Source: Desulfobulbus propionicus DSM 2032 (GTDB lineage Bacteria; Desulfobacterota; Desulfobulbia; Desulfobulbales; Desulfobulbaceae). From it: a stretch of 32,000 nt of DNA. The first letter of the stretch is position 1; each line of letters starts with the position of its first letter. The position numbers and the translations under genes were made by a program. The stretch spans positions 2,130,001 through 2,162,000 of the forward strand of contig NC_014972.1 of NCBI RefSeq assembly GCF_000186885.1, written 5' to 3'. Below are positions 9,563 to 19,353 of this stretch, piece by piece. The notes under the pieces were generated by a model. That model saw nothing but the letters and a program-made list of their open reading frames with translations. It was not told where the DNA came from and did not search any database.

Positions 9563-10126
9563 ATGTTTCTCCAGTTCTTTTTCGGCTACTGCGCGCTGAT
9601 GATCATTGCCAGCGGCATCCTGGCCATCAGTTTGCGCAACCTGGTGCACAGCGTGCTCATGGTGCTGGTGCTGTTCTTTCACATGGCCGGCCTCTATCTG
9701 ACCCTGAACGCCGAGTTCTTGGCTGCGGTGCAGATCATCGTCTATGCCGGCGCCATTCTCGTGCTCTACCTCTTTGTGCTCTTTCTGGTCAGCCTGCGCG
9801 AGGAACTGCATTTGGACGCCTTTGTCCCGGGGGCTTGGCTTGGGCGGATCATTGCCGTTGGTCTGGCCGTGGGGCTATTGTATGTCATCCCCGCCTTTAC
9901 CCTGGGCGAGAAGGGGACCTGGTCGGTCAGTGCCATCCGCGAGTTGACCCACACCAAGGCCCTGGGCCAGGAGTTGTATTCCGCCTATTTGCTCCCCTTT
10001 GAGATCGCCGGCCTGATTCTGCTGGTTGCCCTGATCGGCGGCCTGGTGCTGGCGCGCCGGGAGGAGGTACCTCTGCCCGGTGCGGATGCGGACCCATCCC
10101 CGGAACACAAGGAGGTGGCGCGATGA
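9563..10126 (+). CDS. nuoJ: NADH-quinone oxidoreductase subunit J
   Basis: 187 aa membrane protein, AVQIIVYAGAILVLYLFVLFLV. Confidence 0.93.
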   Translation: MFLQFFFGYCALMIIASGILAISLRNLVHSVLMVLVLFFHMAGLYLTLNAEFLAAVQIIVYAGAILVLYLFVLFLVSLREELHLDAFVPGAWLGRIIAVGLAVGLLYVIPAFTLGEKGTWSVSAIRELTHTKALGQELYSAYLLPFEIAGLILLVALIGGLVLARREEVPLPGADADPSPEHKEVAR

Positions 10127-10425
10127 TCCCCCTGTCCTGGTACATGGCCCTGGCCGCGATCCTGTTCTGCATCGGGGTGTGCGGCTTTCTCACCCGGCGC
10201 AACGTGATCATCATGTTTCTCTCCATCGAGCTGATGCTCAACGGCGTCAACCTCAACCTGGTGGCGCTGAGTCATTTCATGGACAGTGTCCGCGGCCAGG
10301 CCTTCACCTTTTTCATCATCACCGTGGCCGCGGCCGAGGCCGCCATCGGTTTGGGCATCGCTATCGCCCTCTACCGCAGCCGGCGCAGCGTGCACGTCGA
10401 TACCATCAACCACCTCAAGGGATAA
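10123..10425 (+). CDS. nuoK: NADH-quinone oxidoreductase subunit K
   Basis: 100 aa, GVCGFLTRRNVIIMFLSIELMLNGVNLNLVAL...VAAAEAAIGLGIAIALYR; ATGA overlap with nuoJ. Confidence 0.95.
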   Translation: MIPLSWYMALAAILFCIGVCGFLTRRNVIIMFLSIELMLNGVNLNLVALSHFMDSVRGQAFTFFIITVAAAEAAIGLGIAIALYRSRRSVHVDTINHLKG

Positions 10426-10429
10426 CAAT

Positions 10430-12352
10430 ATGCCGGCCTCACTGCTTGCCATCCCGCTTCTGCCGCTGGCCTCCTTTGTCCTCACCCTGTTGCTGGGCAA
10501 ACGCTGGGGAACCCGGGCCCATTGGCTGCCGATCATCACCGTGCTGCTCTCCTTTGGTTGCGCCCTGGCTACCTTGTTCCGAGTTCAGTCCGGGACGATC
10601 ATCAATCAGGACCTCTACACCTGGATCGAGTCGGGCACCCTGCGGGTCTCGGTCGGCTTCCTGGTTGATCAGCTGACCGCGGTGATGCTGATCGTGGTCA
10701 CTTCCATCAGTTCGCTGGTGCATATCTATTCGGTGGGCTACATGAAAGGCGAAGAGGGCTATTACCGCTTTTTTGCCTATCTGAGCCTGTTCACCTTCTC
10801 CATGCTGATGCTGGTGCTGGGCAACAACTTCCTCCAGCTCTTTTTCGGTTGGGAGGCGGTGGGCCTGTCGTCCTATCTGCTGATCGGTTTTTACTATGAG
10901 AAGCAGTCGGCCTCGGATGCGGGCAAAAAGGCCTTTATTGTCAACCGGTTTGGCGATTTTGGCTTCATCTTGGGGTTGTTTCTCATTTTCACTCAGTTCG
11001 GCAGCCTCCACTATCAGGAGGTCTTCAGCCGAGTGGGTTCTCTTGACGGGCAGACCCTCTCCCTGTTCGGCACCCCGGTCAGTGTGGCAACCCTGATAGC
11101 CCTACTGCTGTTCTGTGGGGCCATTGGCAAGTCGGCCCAGATGCCGCTCCACGTCTGGTTGCCCGATGCCATGGAAGGGCCGACTCCGGTCAGCGCCCTG
11201 ATCCATGCCGCCACCATGGTCACGGCCGGTGTTTTTTTAGTTGCCCGCTGTAATCCGATTTTCGAACTGTCCCACTTCACCCTGAACCTGATCACCGTGT
11301 TGGGTGCCATCACCGCCCTGTTCGCCGCCACCATCGCCCTGGTCCAGACCGACATCAAGCGGGTGGTGGCCTATTCCACGGTCAGCCAACTGGCCTACAT
11401 GTTCATCGGCTGCGGCGTCGGTGCCTACTCGGCCGGCATCTTCCATCTCTTCACCCACGCCTACTTCAAGGCCCTGCTCTTTCTCGGCTGTGGTTCGGTT
11501 ATTCTCGGCATGCATCACCAACAGGACGTGCGCTCCATGGGCGGCCTCAAGCAGTACATGCCGATCACCTACTGGACCTTTCTCCTCGCCTCGCTATCCA
11601 TCTCCGGCGTGCCTGGACTGGCCGGGTTTTTCAGCAAGGACGAGATCCTGCTCATGGCCTTCAACACCCCTCTGGCCGCCGGCAAATTCGCCTGGGCCAT
11701 CGGCACGCTGGTGGCCTTCATGACCGCCTTCTACTCGTTCCGCCTCTTTTTTCTTATCTTTCACGGCGAGTTCCGGGGCACCGACCACCAGCGCGATCAT
11801 CTCCATGAATCACCCCTGGTGGTCACCCTGCCGCTGATGCTGCTGGCCTGCGGCGCCGTGGCTGCCGGATGGTTTGGCGTGCCTGCCATCCTCGGCGGTG
11901 ACAACCACTGGGCCCATTTCCTGGAGCCGGTGCTCGGCCATCCCCCTATCCATGTCTCCGGAACCGTGGAGGCCCTGCTCATGGGGAGCTCGATCCTCGC
12001 CGGTGTCTGCGGGATCGGCCTGGCCTTTTACCTGTACCGGCTCAAGCCGCAGCTGCCGACGCTGCTGGCCGAACGACTCTCCTTTGTCTACAGGCTGCTG
12101 CTGAACAAGTATTACATCGACGAACTGTACATTGGCGCCATCGTCAAGCCCACCCTGGCCTTCAGCCACGGCGTGCTGTTGCGGCTGGTGGACTTGGCCT
12201 GCATCGAAGGAGTGGTCAACGGCTTGCCCCGAGCCATTGGCGCTTTTTCCCAACGTCTGCGGCGCATCCAGGACGGCCAGGTCTCGCACTATCTCGCCTG
12301 GATGGGCGGTGGCGCCCTGGCCCTGGTGGTGGTCCTGCTGATCGGCCGTTAA
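10430..12352 (+). CDS. nuoL: NADH-quinone oxidoreductase subunit L
   Basis: In-frame start at 10430 (MPASLLAIPLLPLASF); GWEAVGLSSYLLIGFYY, HVWLPDAMEGPTPVSALIHAATMVTAGVFLVAR, IKRVVAYSTVSQLAYMF. Confidence 0.95.
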   Translation: MPASLLAIPLLPLASFVLTLLLGKRWGTRAHWLPIITVLLSFGCALATLFRVQSGTIINQDLYTWIESGTLRVSVGFLVDQLTAVMLIVVTSISSLVHIYSVGYMKGEEGYYRFFAYLSLFTFSMLMLVLGNNFLQLFFGWEAVGLSSYLLIGFYYEKQSASDAGKKAFIVNRFGDFGFILGLFLIFTQFGSLHYQEVFSRVGSLDGQTLSLFGTPVSVATLIALLLFCGAIGKSAQMPLHVWLPDAMEGPTPVSALIHAATMVTAGVFLVARCNPIFELSHFTLNLITVLGAITALFAATIALVQTDIKRVVAYSTVSQLAYMFIGCGVGAYSAGIFHLFTHAYFKALLFLGCGSVILGMHHQQDVRSMGGLKQYMPITYWTFLLASLSISGVPGLAGFFSKDEILLMAFNTPLAAGKFAWAIGTLVAFMTAFYSFRLFFLIFHGEFRGTDHQRDHLHESPLVVTLPLMLLACGAVAAGWFGVPAILGGDNHWAHFLEPVLGHPPIHVSGTVEALLMGSSILAGVCGIGLAFYLYRLKPQLPTLLAERLSFVYRLLLNKYYIDELYIGAIVKPTLAFSHGVLLRLVDLACIEGVVNGLPRAIGAFSQRLRRIQDGQVSHYLAWMGGGALALVVVLLIGR

Positions 12353-12373
12353 CTCGAACCCTTACTCGCGGAA

Positions 12374-13888
12374 GTGTCGTCCATGTCGATTCCTCTTCTC
12401 AGCACCCTGATCTTCTTTCCGGTCCTCGGCGGCCTGTCGCTGCTGATCGTCCCCCGGCAACAGACCGCCACCATCCGCTTGATGGCTCTGTTCGTCAGCC
12501 TGGTCGAGTTGTTGCTCACCCTGCCGGTGGTCCTCCTCTTTGACAAGACCACCGCCCGGATGCAGTTCACCGAACTCCATCCCTGGATCAGCACCCTCAA
12601 CATCAATTACAGCCTGGGCATCGACGGCATCAGCATTCTCTTCCTCCTGCTCACCGCCCTGATCACCCTGCTCTCGGTGCTGGTCTCCTGGGAGGCGATC
12701 CACGACAAGGTCCAGGAGTTCTTTGTCGCCCTGCTGCTGCTGGAGGGGGCGATGATGGGGGTGTTCTGCGCCCTTGATTTCTTCCTGTTTTATATCTTTT
12801 GGGAGGCCATGCTTATCCCGATGTTCCTGATCATCGGCATCTGGGGCGGTCCCAACCGGATCTACGCCACGGTTAAGTTTTTTCTCTACACCCTGGTCGG
12901 CAGCCTGCTGATGCTGGTGGGCATCATCCTCTTGTACCAAAACGGCGGCCATACCTTTGATATCCTCAAGCTGGCCGGGCAAAACTATTCCCTCAAACTG
13001 CAGCTGATCCTTTTCTGGGCCTTTTTCGCCGCCTTTGCGGTCAAGGTACCGATGTGGCCGGTGCACACCTGGCTGCCGGATGCCCACACCGAGGCCCCGG
13101 CCGCCGGTTCGGTCATCTTGGCCGGCGTGCTGATCAAAATGGGGGCCTACGGGTTCTTGCGCTTCTCCCTGCCCATCCTGCCTGAGGCCACCCAGCAGAT
13201 GCTTGTGCCCATGCTGGTCCTGTCGGTGATTGCCATCGTCTACGGGGCCATCATCTGCCTGGCCCAGACCGATCTCAAGCGGCTGATCGCCTACAGCTCG
13301 GTAAGCCACATGGGGTTCGTGACGCTCGGCCTGTTCGCCCTCAACCAGCGTGGTTTGGAAGGCGCCATCCTGCAGATGATCAATCACGGTGTGGTCACCG
13401 GTGCCCTGTTTCTCGCCATCGGCATGATTTATGAACGGACCCACACCCGCGAGATCAGCGCCTACGGCGGCCTGGCCACCACCATGCCGGTTTTTGCCGG
13501 TTTTTTTCTGCTGTTCACCCTGGCGGCGGTGGGCCTCCCCGGCACCAACGGCTTCATCGGCGAGTTTCTCATCCTCCTCGGCGGCTTTGAACGTGCGCCG
13601 TGGGCAGCGGTCGTGGCCGCTTCCGGCCTGATCCTCGGGGCCTGGTACATGCTGTGGCTCTACCAGCGTATCTTTTTCAACGAGGTCAGCACCTCCCTGC
13701 ACGGGTTGACGCAGCTCAACCTACGCGAGATCCTGACACTCACTCCCATGGTGGTGCTGATCTTCTGGATTGGCCTCTATCCCAATGCACTGCTGGGCTT
13801 TCTCCACGTTTCGGTCGGCCATCTGCTCGATCAGGTCAACGGTGTCGGCCTGGCCGGGCCGGTGCTGCCGCCCGTCAACCTTCCCTGA
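12374..13888 (+). CDS. nuoM: NADH-quinone oxidoreductase subunit M (GTG start at 12374 or ATG at 12383)
   Basis: 504 aa; FWEAMLIPMFLIIGIWGG, VPMWPVHTWLPDAHTEAPAAGSVILAGVLIKMGAYG, LKRLIAYSSVSHMGFV. Confidence 0.95.
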   Translation: MSSMSIPLLSTLIFFPVLGGLSLLIVPRQQTATIRLMALFVSLVELLLTLPVVLLFDKTTARMQFTELHPWISTLNINYSLGIDGISILFLLLTALITLLSVLVSWEAIHDKVQEFFVALLLLEGAMMGVFCALDFFLFYIFWEAMLIPMFLIIGIWGGPNRIYATVKFFLYTLVGSLLMLVGIILLYQNGGHTFDILKLAGQNYSLKLQLILFWAFFAAFAVKVPMWPVHTWLPDAHTEAPAAGSVILAGVLIKMGAYGFLRFSLPILPEATQQMLVPMLVLSVIAIVYGAIICLAQTDLKRLIAYSSVSHMGFVTLGLFALNQRGLEGAILQMINHGVVTGALFLAIGMIYERTHTREISAYGGLATTMPVFAGFFLLFTLAAVGLPGTNGFIGEFLILLGGFERAPWAAVVAASGLILGAWYMLWLYQRIFFNEVSTSLHGLTQLNLREILTLTPMVVLIFWIGLYPNALLGFLHVSVGHLLDQVNGVGLAGPVLPPVNLP

Positions 13889-13918
13889 TTTTTTCGCGAC
13901 ACGGATAAAGGAGCGCGT

Positions 13919-15364
13919 ATGATTGCAACTGTGGCTGTCAACTGGGCCGCCGTGGAACCCATCCTCCCTGAACTGCTGCTGATCACCATCGGCGTGCTGC
14001 TGATCGGCTGCGACCTGTTCCTGCCCCGTCAGCGGCAACTGCTGCCGTGGCTGACCGTGATCGGCTGCCTCACGGCCCTGGCCATGATCTTGGGCTCCCG
14101 GCCGACCGTCGCCTTTGGCGGCATGTTTCTTGCCGACGGCTATGCCATGGTGTTCAAGACCATCTGTCTGGGATCGGTGATCCTGAGCGTGCTGATGAGC
14201 GAGCATTTTTGCCGCGTTATCGGTTTGCGCCAAGGCGAATACTACAGCCTCATGCTCTTCTCCCTGGTGGGTATGCTGCTGATGGCCTCAGCCGGCGACC
14301 TGATGGTACTCTACCTGGGCCTGGAGCTGATGGCCCTGCCGATCTATGCCCTGGTTGGGTTGCACAAGCGCGAGCAGCGGACCAGCGAGGCGGCGATCAA
14401 ATATTTCCTCATGGGCTCCTTTGGCTCGGCCCTGCTGCTGTTTGGCATGTCCATGGTCTACGGCCTGACCGGCACCACCGAGATCGCCCGCATCGCCGAG
14501 CTGATCGGCTCCCGGCAACTGGTCGCCAATCCGGCCCTGCTCGCCGGGCTGGGTCTGCTCTTGGCGGGCTTCTGCTTCAAGGTCGCGGTGGCCCCTTTTC
14601 ACCTCTGGACTCCGGATGTCTACGAGGGCGCACCCACCATTGTCACCGCCTTCATGTCCGTCGGTCCCAAGGCGGCCGGATTTGCCATCTTCGGCCGCGT
14701 GCTCTTTGTCGGTCTACCCGAGTTGCACGGCCACTGGGGACCGGTGCTGGCGGTGCTCGCCCTGCTGACCATGGCGGTGGGCAACATCACGGCCCTGTGC
14801 CAGCAGAGCCTCAAGCGGATGCTCGCCTACTCGGCCATCGCCCATGCCGGCTATGCCCTGCTGGGCCTGCTCGCCGGAACCGCCGAGGGTATGGCCGCCA
14901 CCATGACCTATCTGATGGTCTACCTGTTCATGAACATCGGCGCCTTTGCCATCCTCATGCTCCTGGCCACGCCGGATGCGCCCTGTGAATCCATCGACGA
15001 CTGCAAGGGGCTGGCCAGCCGCAACCCGGTGGCCGCGGCCCTGATGCTGGTCTTCCTCTTCTCGCTCACCGGCATTCCGCCCACCGGCGGCTTCATCGGC
15101 AAGTTCTACCTGCTCAAGGCCGCCTTTATTGCCGGCTACCCCCTGACCGTGGTCGGCGCGGTCCTGTTCAGCGCCATTTCCGCCTTCTTTTACCTGCGGG
15201 TGGTGCGCTTTATGTACATGGAGGCTCCGCAGCAAACGGCCACCCTCCAATTTTCGCCCGGGATGCGGGCCGCCCTTGGCCTCTGCCTGCTGGGTGTGCT
15301 TGGTCTGGGACTGTTTCCCGGCTCACTGCTCAACTGGACCGTGTCGGCGTTCTCGGGGATGTAA
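13919..15364 (+). CDS. nuoN: NADH-quinone oxidoreductase subunit N
   Basis: 481 aa; YLGLELMALPIYALVGL, FKVAVAPFHLWTPDVYEGAPTIVTAFMSVGPKAAGF, LKRMLAYSAIAHAGYALLG. Confidence 0.95.
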   Translation: MIATVAVNWAAVEPILPELLLITIGVLLIGCDLFLPRQRQLLPWLTVIGCLTALAMILGSRPTVAFGGMFLADGYAMVFKTICLGSVILSVLMSEHFCRVIGLRQGEYYSLMLFSLVGMLLMASAGDLMVLYLGLELMALPIYALVGLHKREQRTSEAAIKYFLMGSFGSALLLFGMSMVYGLTGTTEIARIAELIGSRQLVANPALLAGLGLLLAGFCFKVAVAPFHLWTPDVYEGAPTIVTAFMSVGPKAAGFAIFGRVLFVGLPELHGHWGPVLAVLALLTMAVGNITALCQQSLKRMLAYSAIAHAGYALLGLLAGTAEGMAATMTYLMVYLFMNIGAFAILMLLATPDAPCESIDDCKGLASRNPVAAALMLVFLFSLTGIPPTGGFIGKFYLLKAAFIAGYPLTVVGAVLFSAISAFFYLRVVRFMYMEAPQQTATLQFSPGMRAALGLCLLGVLGLGLFPGSLLNWTVSAFSGM

Positions 15365-15542
15365 ACAGTCCCCAAACCAATCCCGCGCCATCACCGGCGG
15401 TATGCGGCAACCAACAAAAAAGATCGAACGAAAGCGCGCTCACCGCACGGTTTCCATTGAGTTTTCCCTATTGTTTCAGCGCCATGTTTCCGAAGAACAG
15501 GTACCCTCTTCCTTTTTCAACCTTTCACCTGACGGAACCACG

Positions 15543-16253
15543 ATGCGAAATGGATTACTCGTGATAGTGTTGCTGACTGGCCTGGCGCTGGCAACCGGCT
15601 GCACCCAAAGCAAAGGCTCCCTGTTTGGCGGCCAGGAGACCATCGAATCCGCTTCCCAATGGAATGTGCTGGCCAACGATGTCGCCAATCGGATCAACAG
15701 TGAACTGATGCGGCAACATTATCTCACCGCTTCGGTCTTTGTTCGGCATAGTTGCGGCACACCCGAAAAGTGCGGGGAAGGCGGGACCTTTCCCTTTGAC
15801 GAGGGATTCAACGATCTCCTGACCACCCAACTGGTCAATTTCGGCGTCCACACCATGGTGGCACCGGAACACGCCAACCTAGTGGTCGACTACAAGGTGC
15901 AAACCCTCTACCATCCGTCTGACTGGCGTTCGTGGCATTGGCCCAAGCCAGGCGTACTTACCGCCCTGGCTGCGGGAATCAGCGTCATCCGCGACGCACC
16001 GTGGGAGATCATTCCCGTCGCTGCGGCCGTCGATATGTTCCGCGCCAATTACCGCCACGACGGCCAATACGAGGTGATCATCACCGTTTCCATTGTCGAC
16101 AAGAACCGCTATGTGACGCGATTCTCCGACGTATACTTCATCAACAACGGCGACTTCTGGCAGTATCGGCCAACCGCCCCCGCGCCTGAAATTCAGCTCA
16201 CCAGCCCGAGCGGCCCGGCTGCGCCTGCAACGACCCGGAAAACCAGCCTATGA
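15543..16253 (+). CDS. Putative outer-membrane lipoprotein, unknown function
   Basis: In-frame ATG at 15543: MRNGLLVIVLLTGLALATGC (lipoprotein signal, lipobox ATGC) then 216 aa; ATGA overlap with next gene. Confidence 0.75.
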   Translation: MRNGLLVIVLLTGLALATGCTQSKGSLFGGQETIESASQWNVLANDVANRINSELMRQHYLTASVFVRHSCGTPEKCGEGGTFPFDEGFNDLLTTQLVNFGVHTMVAPEHANLVVDYKVQTLYHPSDWRSWHWPKPGVLTALAAGISVIRDAPWEIIPVAAAVDMFRANYRHDGQYEVIITVSIVDKNRYVTRFSDVYFINNGDFWQYRPTAPAPEIQLTSPSGPAAPATTRKTSL

Positions 16254-16897
16254 AGTCATTTTTCCGCTCCTGCTGTGTGTTCGTGGTCTGCCTGCTGCTT
16301 TGTCTGAGCCTGTCCGCTTGTAGCGATTTCAACGGCACCCGCCTCGAACCGTTTTTGGGCGGCGATGTCAATCTGGTCGAACTGGGCGACAAAGTGGCCG
16401 AAACCCTGATCATGCAAACCTTGCCGCCCCTCATCCCGCACCAGGGTGATCAGCCGATTCTGATCACCACCTTGGTCAACAATGACAACCTCTCCGATAC
16501 CTCCAGTTTTGGCCGTAGTTTTCAAAACAACATCGCTGCCGGTTTCGTGGCCCGCGGTTACACGGTCAAGGAACTCAAGCTGCGCCGGGATCTGTTGGTC
16601 GAACTGCACAAGGGCGAATTCATGCTCACCCGCAACCTGGCGGAAATGGCCGGTATCCAGCGGGCCCAGGCCGTGGTGGTCGGCACCTATGCCCTGGCCA
16701 ACAGGGTGATGTATCTTTCCGTGCGCTTAGTCTCGCCCAAGGACCAGACCATCAAGGCCACCTATGAGGACAAACTCACGCTCGACGCCAACAGCCTGCG
16801 CATGCTGGGATTGCGCATAAAAAACGGCGCGGACCGGGATCCCATCGAACCGGCCCTGCCGCCCAGCCCGTCGGTGCTCGATGATCTCCTCTACTGA
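16250..16897 (+). CDS. FlgO-like lipoprotein
   Basis: 215 aa; lipobox LSLSAC; FlgO-domain-like ILITTLVNNDNLSDTSSFGRSFQNNIAAGFVARGYTVKELKLRRDLLVELHKGEFMLTRNLAEMAGIQRAQAVVVGTYALANRVMYLSVRLVSPKDQTI. Confidence 0.75.
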   Translation: MKSFFRSCCVFVVCLLLCLSLSACSDFNGTRLEPFLGGDVNLVELGDKVAETLIMQTLPPLIPHQGDQPILITTLVNNDNLSDTSSFGRSFQNNIAAGFVARGYTVKELKLRRDLLVELHKGEFMLTRNLAEMAGIQRAQAVVVGTYALANRVMYLSVRLVSPKDQTIKATYEDKLTLDANSLRMLGLRIKNGADRDPIEPALPPSPSVLDDLLY

Positions 16898-17010
16898 CCA
16901 TCAGCCCTGCCCCAATCCCCGGCCGTCATGGCTTTAAAACGCGCCCCTTCCCTGCCGATCAAGACAGCGGCCACCCCCAGGCCAGCTGGTGCGGTTCGCG
17001 GAGCACATTC

Positions 17011-17907
17011 GTGAAGCAGTTCCTCGCCAACAGTCTGCGATCCGCCGTGCAGAGCGGCCTGTTGATCCTCAAGTTCGTGGTGCCGCTGTATCTCCTGGCC
17101 GATATACTGCTCTATTTCGATCTCCTGCGTCCCCTCGGTTTTCTTTTTGCCCCGGTAACCAGCCTGCTCGACCTGCCGCCGGAGGCTGCGGTGGCCTTGG
17201 CCGGCGGGGTGCTGATCAACATCTATGCCGGTATCGCCTTTGCCGCGCCCCTGGACCTTTCTCCTTATCAGTGGACCGTGCTCGCGGTCTTTCTCGGCGT
17301 CTGCCACTCGATGATCGTCGAAAGCGCCATCATGGCCAAGCTGGGGATCTCCTACGGCTATTCCATCCTCCTGCGGGGTTTTGGTGCCTGCCTGACCGTC
17401 CTCCCGGTGCTGTTTCTGCCCGCCTCCCTGTTCAGTCAGCAACAGCAACACGATACACTCACCCTGCCGCGGTACGACGATTTCTGGCAGATGCTCTTCC
17501 ATTCCCTGCACAAAGCCGTGGTGCTGTCGGTGGAGATCATCCTGCTGATCAGCCTGATTATCGTGGTCATGGATTTGCTCAAGGCGAGCCGTCTGCTCCA
17601 GGCGCGCCTGGAAAAGGTCAACACCGCCTTCTCGATCATCGTCGGCCAACTGCTCGGCATTACCTATGGGGCCGGCATTCTCATCCGCGAGGCCAGCCGG
17701 GGCGCGCTCAGCCGCGAGGATATATTTTTCATCGGCACCTTTCTCATGATCTGTCACTCGATTGTCGAGGATGTGTTGCTGTTTGTCCTGTTCGGGGCCA
17801 ATTATTGGGTTATACTCGGTGTCCGTCTGACCGCGGCCCTGGTGCTCAGCGCTCTCCTCCTGCGCGTTTTTCGTCTCGTTTCGCTCGACTGGGTCATCCG
17901 GCCCTGA
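17011..17907 (+). CDS. Nucleoside-recognition (Gate) domain membrane protein
   Basis: 298 aa polytopic protein with GTG start and SD ggag; LPPEAAVALAGGVLINIYAGIAFAAPLDLSPYQWTVLAVFLGVCHSMIVESAIMAKLG pattern. Confidence 0.7.
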   Translation: MKQFLANSLRSAVQSGLLILKFVVPLYLLADILLYFDLLRPLGFLFAPVTSLLDLPPEAAVALAGGVLINIYAGIAFAAPLDLSPYQWTVLAVFLGVCHSMIVESAIMAKLGISYGYSILLRGFGACLTVLPVLFLPASLFSQQQQHDTLTLPRYDDFWQMLFHSLHKAVVLSVEIILLISLIIVVMDLLKASRLLQARLEKVNTAFSIIVGQLLGITYGAGILIREASRGALSREDIFFIGTFLMICHSIVEDVLLFVLFGANYWVILGVRLTAALVLSALLLRVFRLVSLDWVIRP

Positions 17908-18014
17908 GCATCCAGCGTGCATGGAAGGCGTACCCGGTTCTTGCGGCCGCCAACGCAGCCACCCGATGGCCTGACCGCCCCCAAGGCTGCAACGCCCTCA
18001 AAGGAGACCGATTC

Positions 18015-19199
18015 GTGTCTGTTCGCACCCTGCTCCGCCAACACTCCATCCTGACCAAGATCTACTTCTGCACGGTCATCACCTTTTGCTCCCTGTACGC
18101 GGCCCAACCGATCCAACCGGTTTTCCAGCACGAATTCGCGCTGACCTCGTTTCAGGCCATCCTGTTCACCACCCTGATGATGCTGCCGCTCGGCTTTGCG
18201 CCGATGTTCTACGGGGTGCTGCTGGAATCGCTCTCCGCCCGCCTGATCGTGCGCACCGCCGTCCTGCTGCTCGGGGGCTTGGAACTGGTGTTCAGCCAAA
18301 CCAGCAACTATCTGCTGCTCTTGATTCTGCGCGGCCTCCAGGGCATGGTCATCCCGGCCATTCTCACCTCGCTGGTCAGCTATATCTCCTTCACCGCGCC
18401 ACGCGAGGATGTGCAGACGGCCATCGCCCGCTACATCGCGGCCACCATTCTCGGCGGTTTCCTGGGACGTTTCCTGTCCGGGCTGTGCACCGATCTGTTC
18501 GGCTGGCGGTTTTTCTTCTTTCTCCTGGGTGCACTGCTGCTCTGGGCCTTTTTCCTCCTGCGCACCCTGGAAAAGGATGCCAACCTTGCCTACAGCCGGC
18601 CCAAGGCGGCCGAGGTGATGGAATTGATCAGGCAGCCGCAGTTTTTCTGGCTCTACTGCACCATTTTTGCGGTCTTCTTCGTTTTCGCCGGCCTGCTCAA
18701 TTTCCTGCCCTTTCAGCTGAAAGCGATCAATCCGGCCTTTCGCGAAACCGGCATCGGTTTCATGTATTTCGGTTATGTGATGGGGATCTTGGTGTCGCTC
18801 AACGTGCGGCGGATGATCAGTCTGTTCGGCTCGGAAACCAAGGTGGCCATGAGCGGCCTCTTTCTCTACATCGTCGGCATCTGCGGCTTCATGATCCCCG
18901 ATCACCGAGCCATGTTCCTTGCCATGTTCGTTTTCTGCACCGGCATGTTCATGGCCCATGCACTCCTGTCCGGCTACGTCAACACCCTGGCGAAAAGCAA
19001 GAAGGGGATCGCCAATGGGGTCTATATCTCGTTCTATTATCTGGGTGGCACCATCGGCTCGTTTGCGCCAGGGGCGCTCTACGAGTGCTGTGGCTGGAAG
19101 GTCTTTCTCGCCAGCCTGATCGCGGTGATCTGCGGGGCCATGTATTGCCTCCGCCGGTTGCAGCAGTCCGCCGCGACGGTGGCTCTGAAAGCGGCCTGA
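18015..19199 (+). CDS. MFS transporter
   Basis: In-frame GTG at 18015 preceded by SD aaggag; about 394 aa, 12 hydrophobic segments; RLIVRTAVLLLGG, RYIAATILGGFLGRFLSGLCTDLFGWRFFFFLLGALLL, NGVYISFYYLGGTIGSFAPG. Confidence 0.85.
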   Translation: MSVRTLLRQHSILTKIYFCTVITFCSLYAAQPIQPVFQHEFALTSFQAILFTTLMMLPLGFAPMFYGVLLESLSARLIVRTAVLLLGGLELVFSQTSNYLLLLILRGLQGMVIPAILTSLVSYISFTAPREDVQTAIARYIAATILGGFLGRFLSGLCTDLFGWRFFFFLLGALLLWAFFLLRTLEKDANLAYSRPKAAEVMELIRQPQFFWLYCTIFAVFFVFAGLLNFLPFQLKAINPAFRETGIGFMYFGYVMGILVSLNVRRMISLFGSETKVAMSGLFLYIVGICGFMIPDHRAMFLAMFVFCTGMFMAHALLSGYVNTLAKSKKGIANGVYISFYYLGGTIGSFAPGALYECCGWKVFLASLIAVICGAMYCLRRLQQSAATVALKAA

Positions 19200-19353
19200 T
19201 CGCCTTTTCTCCGGAGCGCAACCCCGGGAGGGGAGAAACAGGTGAAAGAATGCGGCGCCCAGCGAAAGCGGGCTTAAGGATCGGGCGCAAGCGGTCGATA
19301 GAACAAGGAAGGCAAGGATGCTTGAAACTTCTGCGCAGAAAGGGATGACACGC

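Noticed and set aside
12362-13702. 446 aa minus-strand ORF across nuoM
   Set aside because: Antisense shadow with repetitive Q/D/E/G composition typical of reverse-complement membrane-protein codons.
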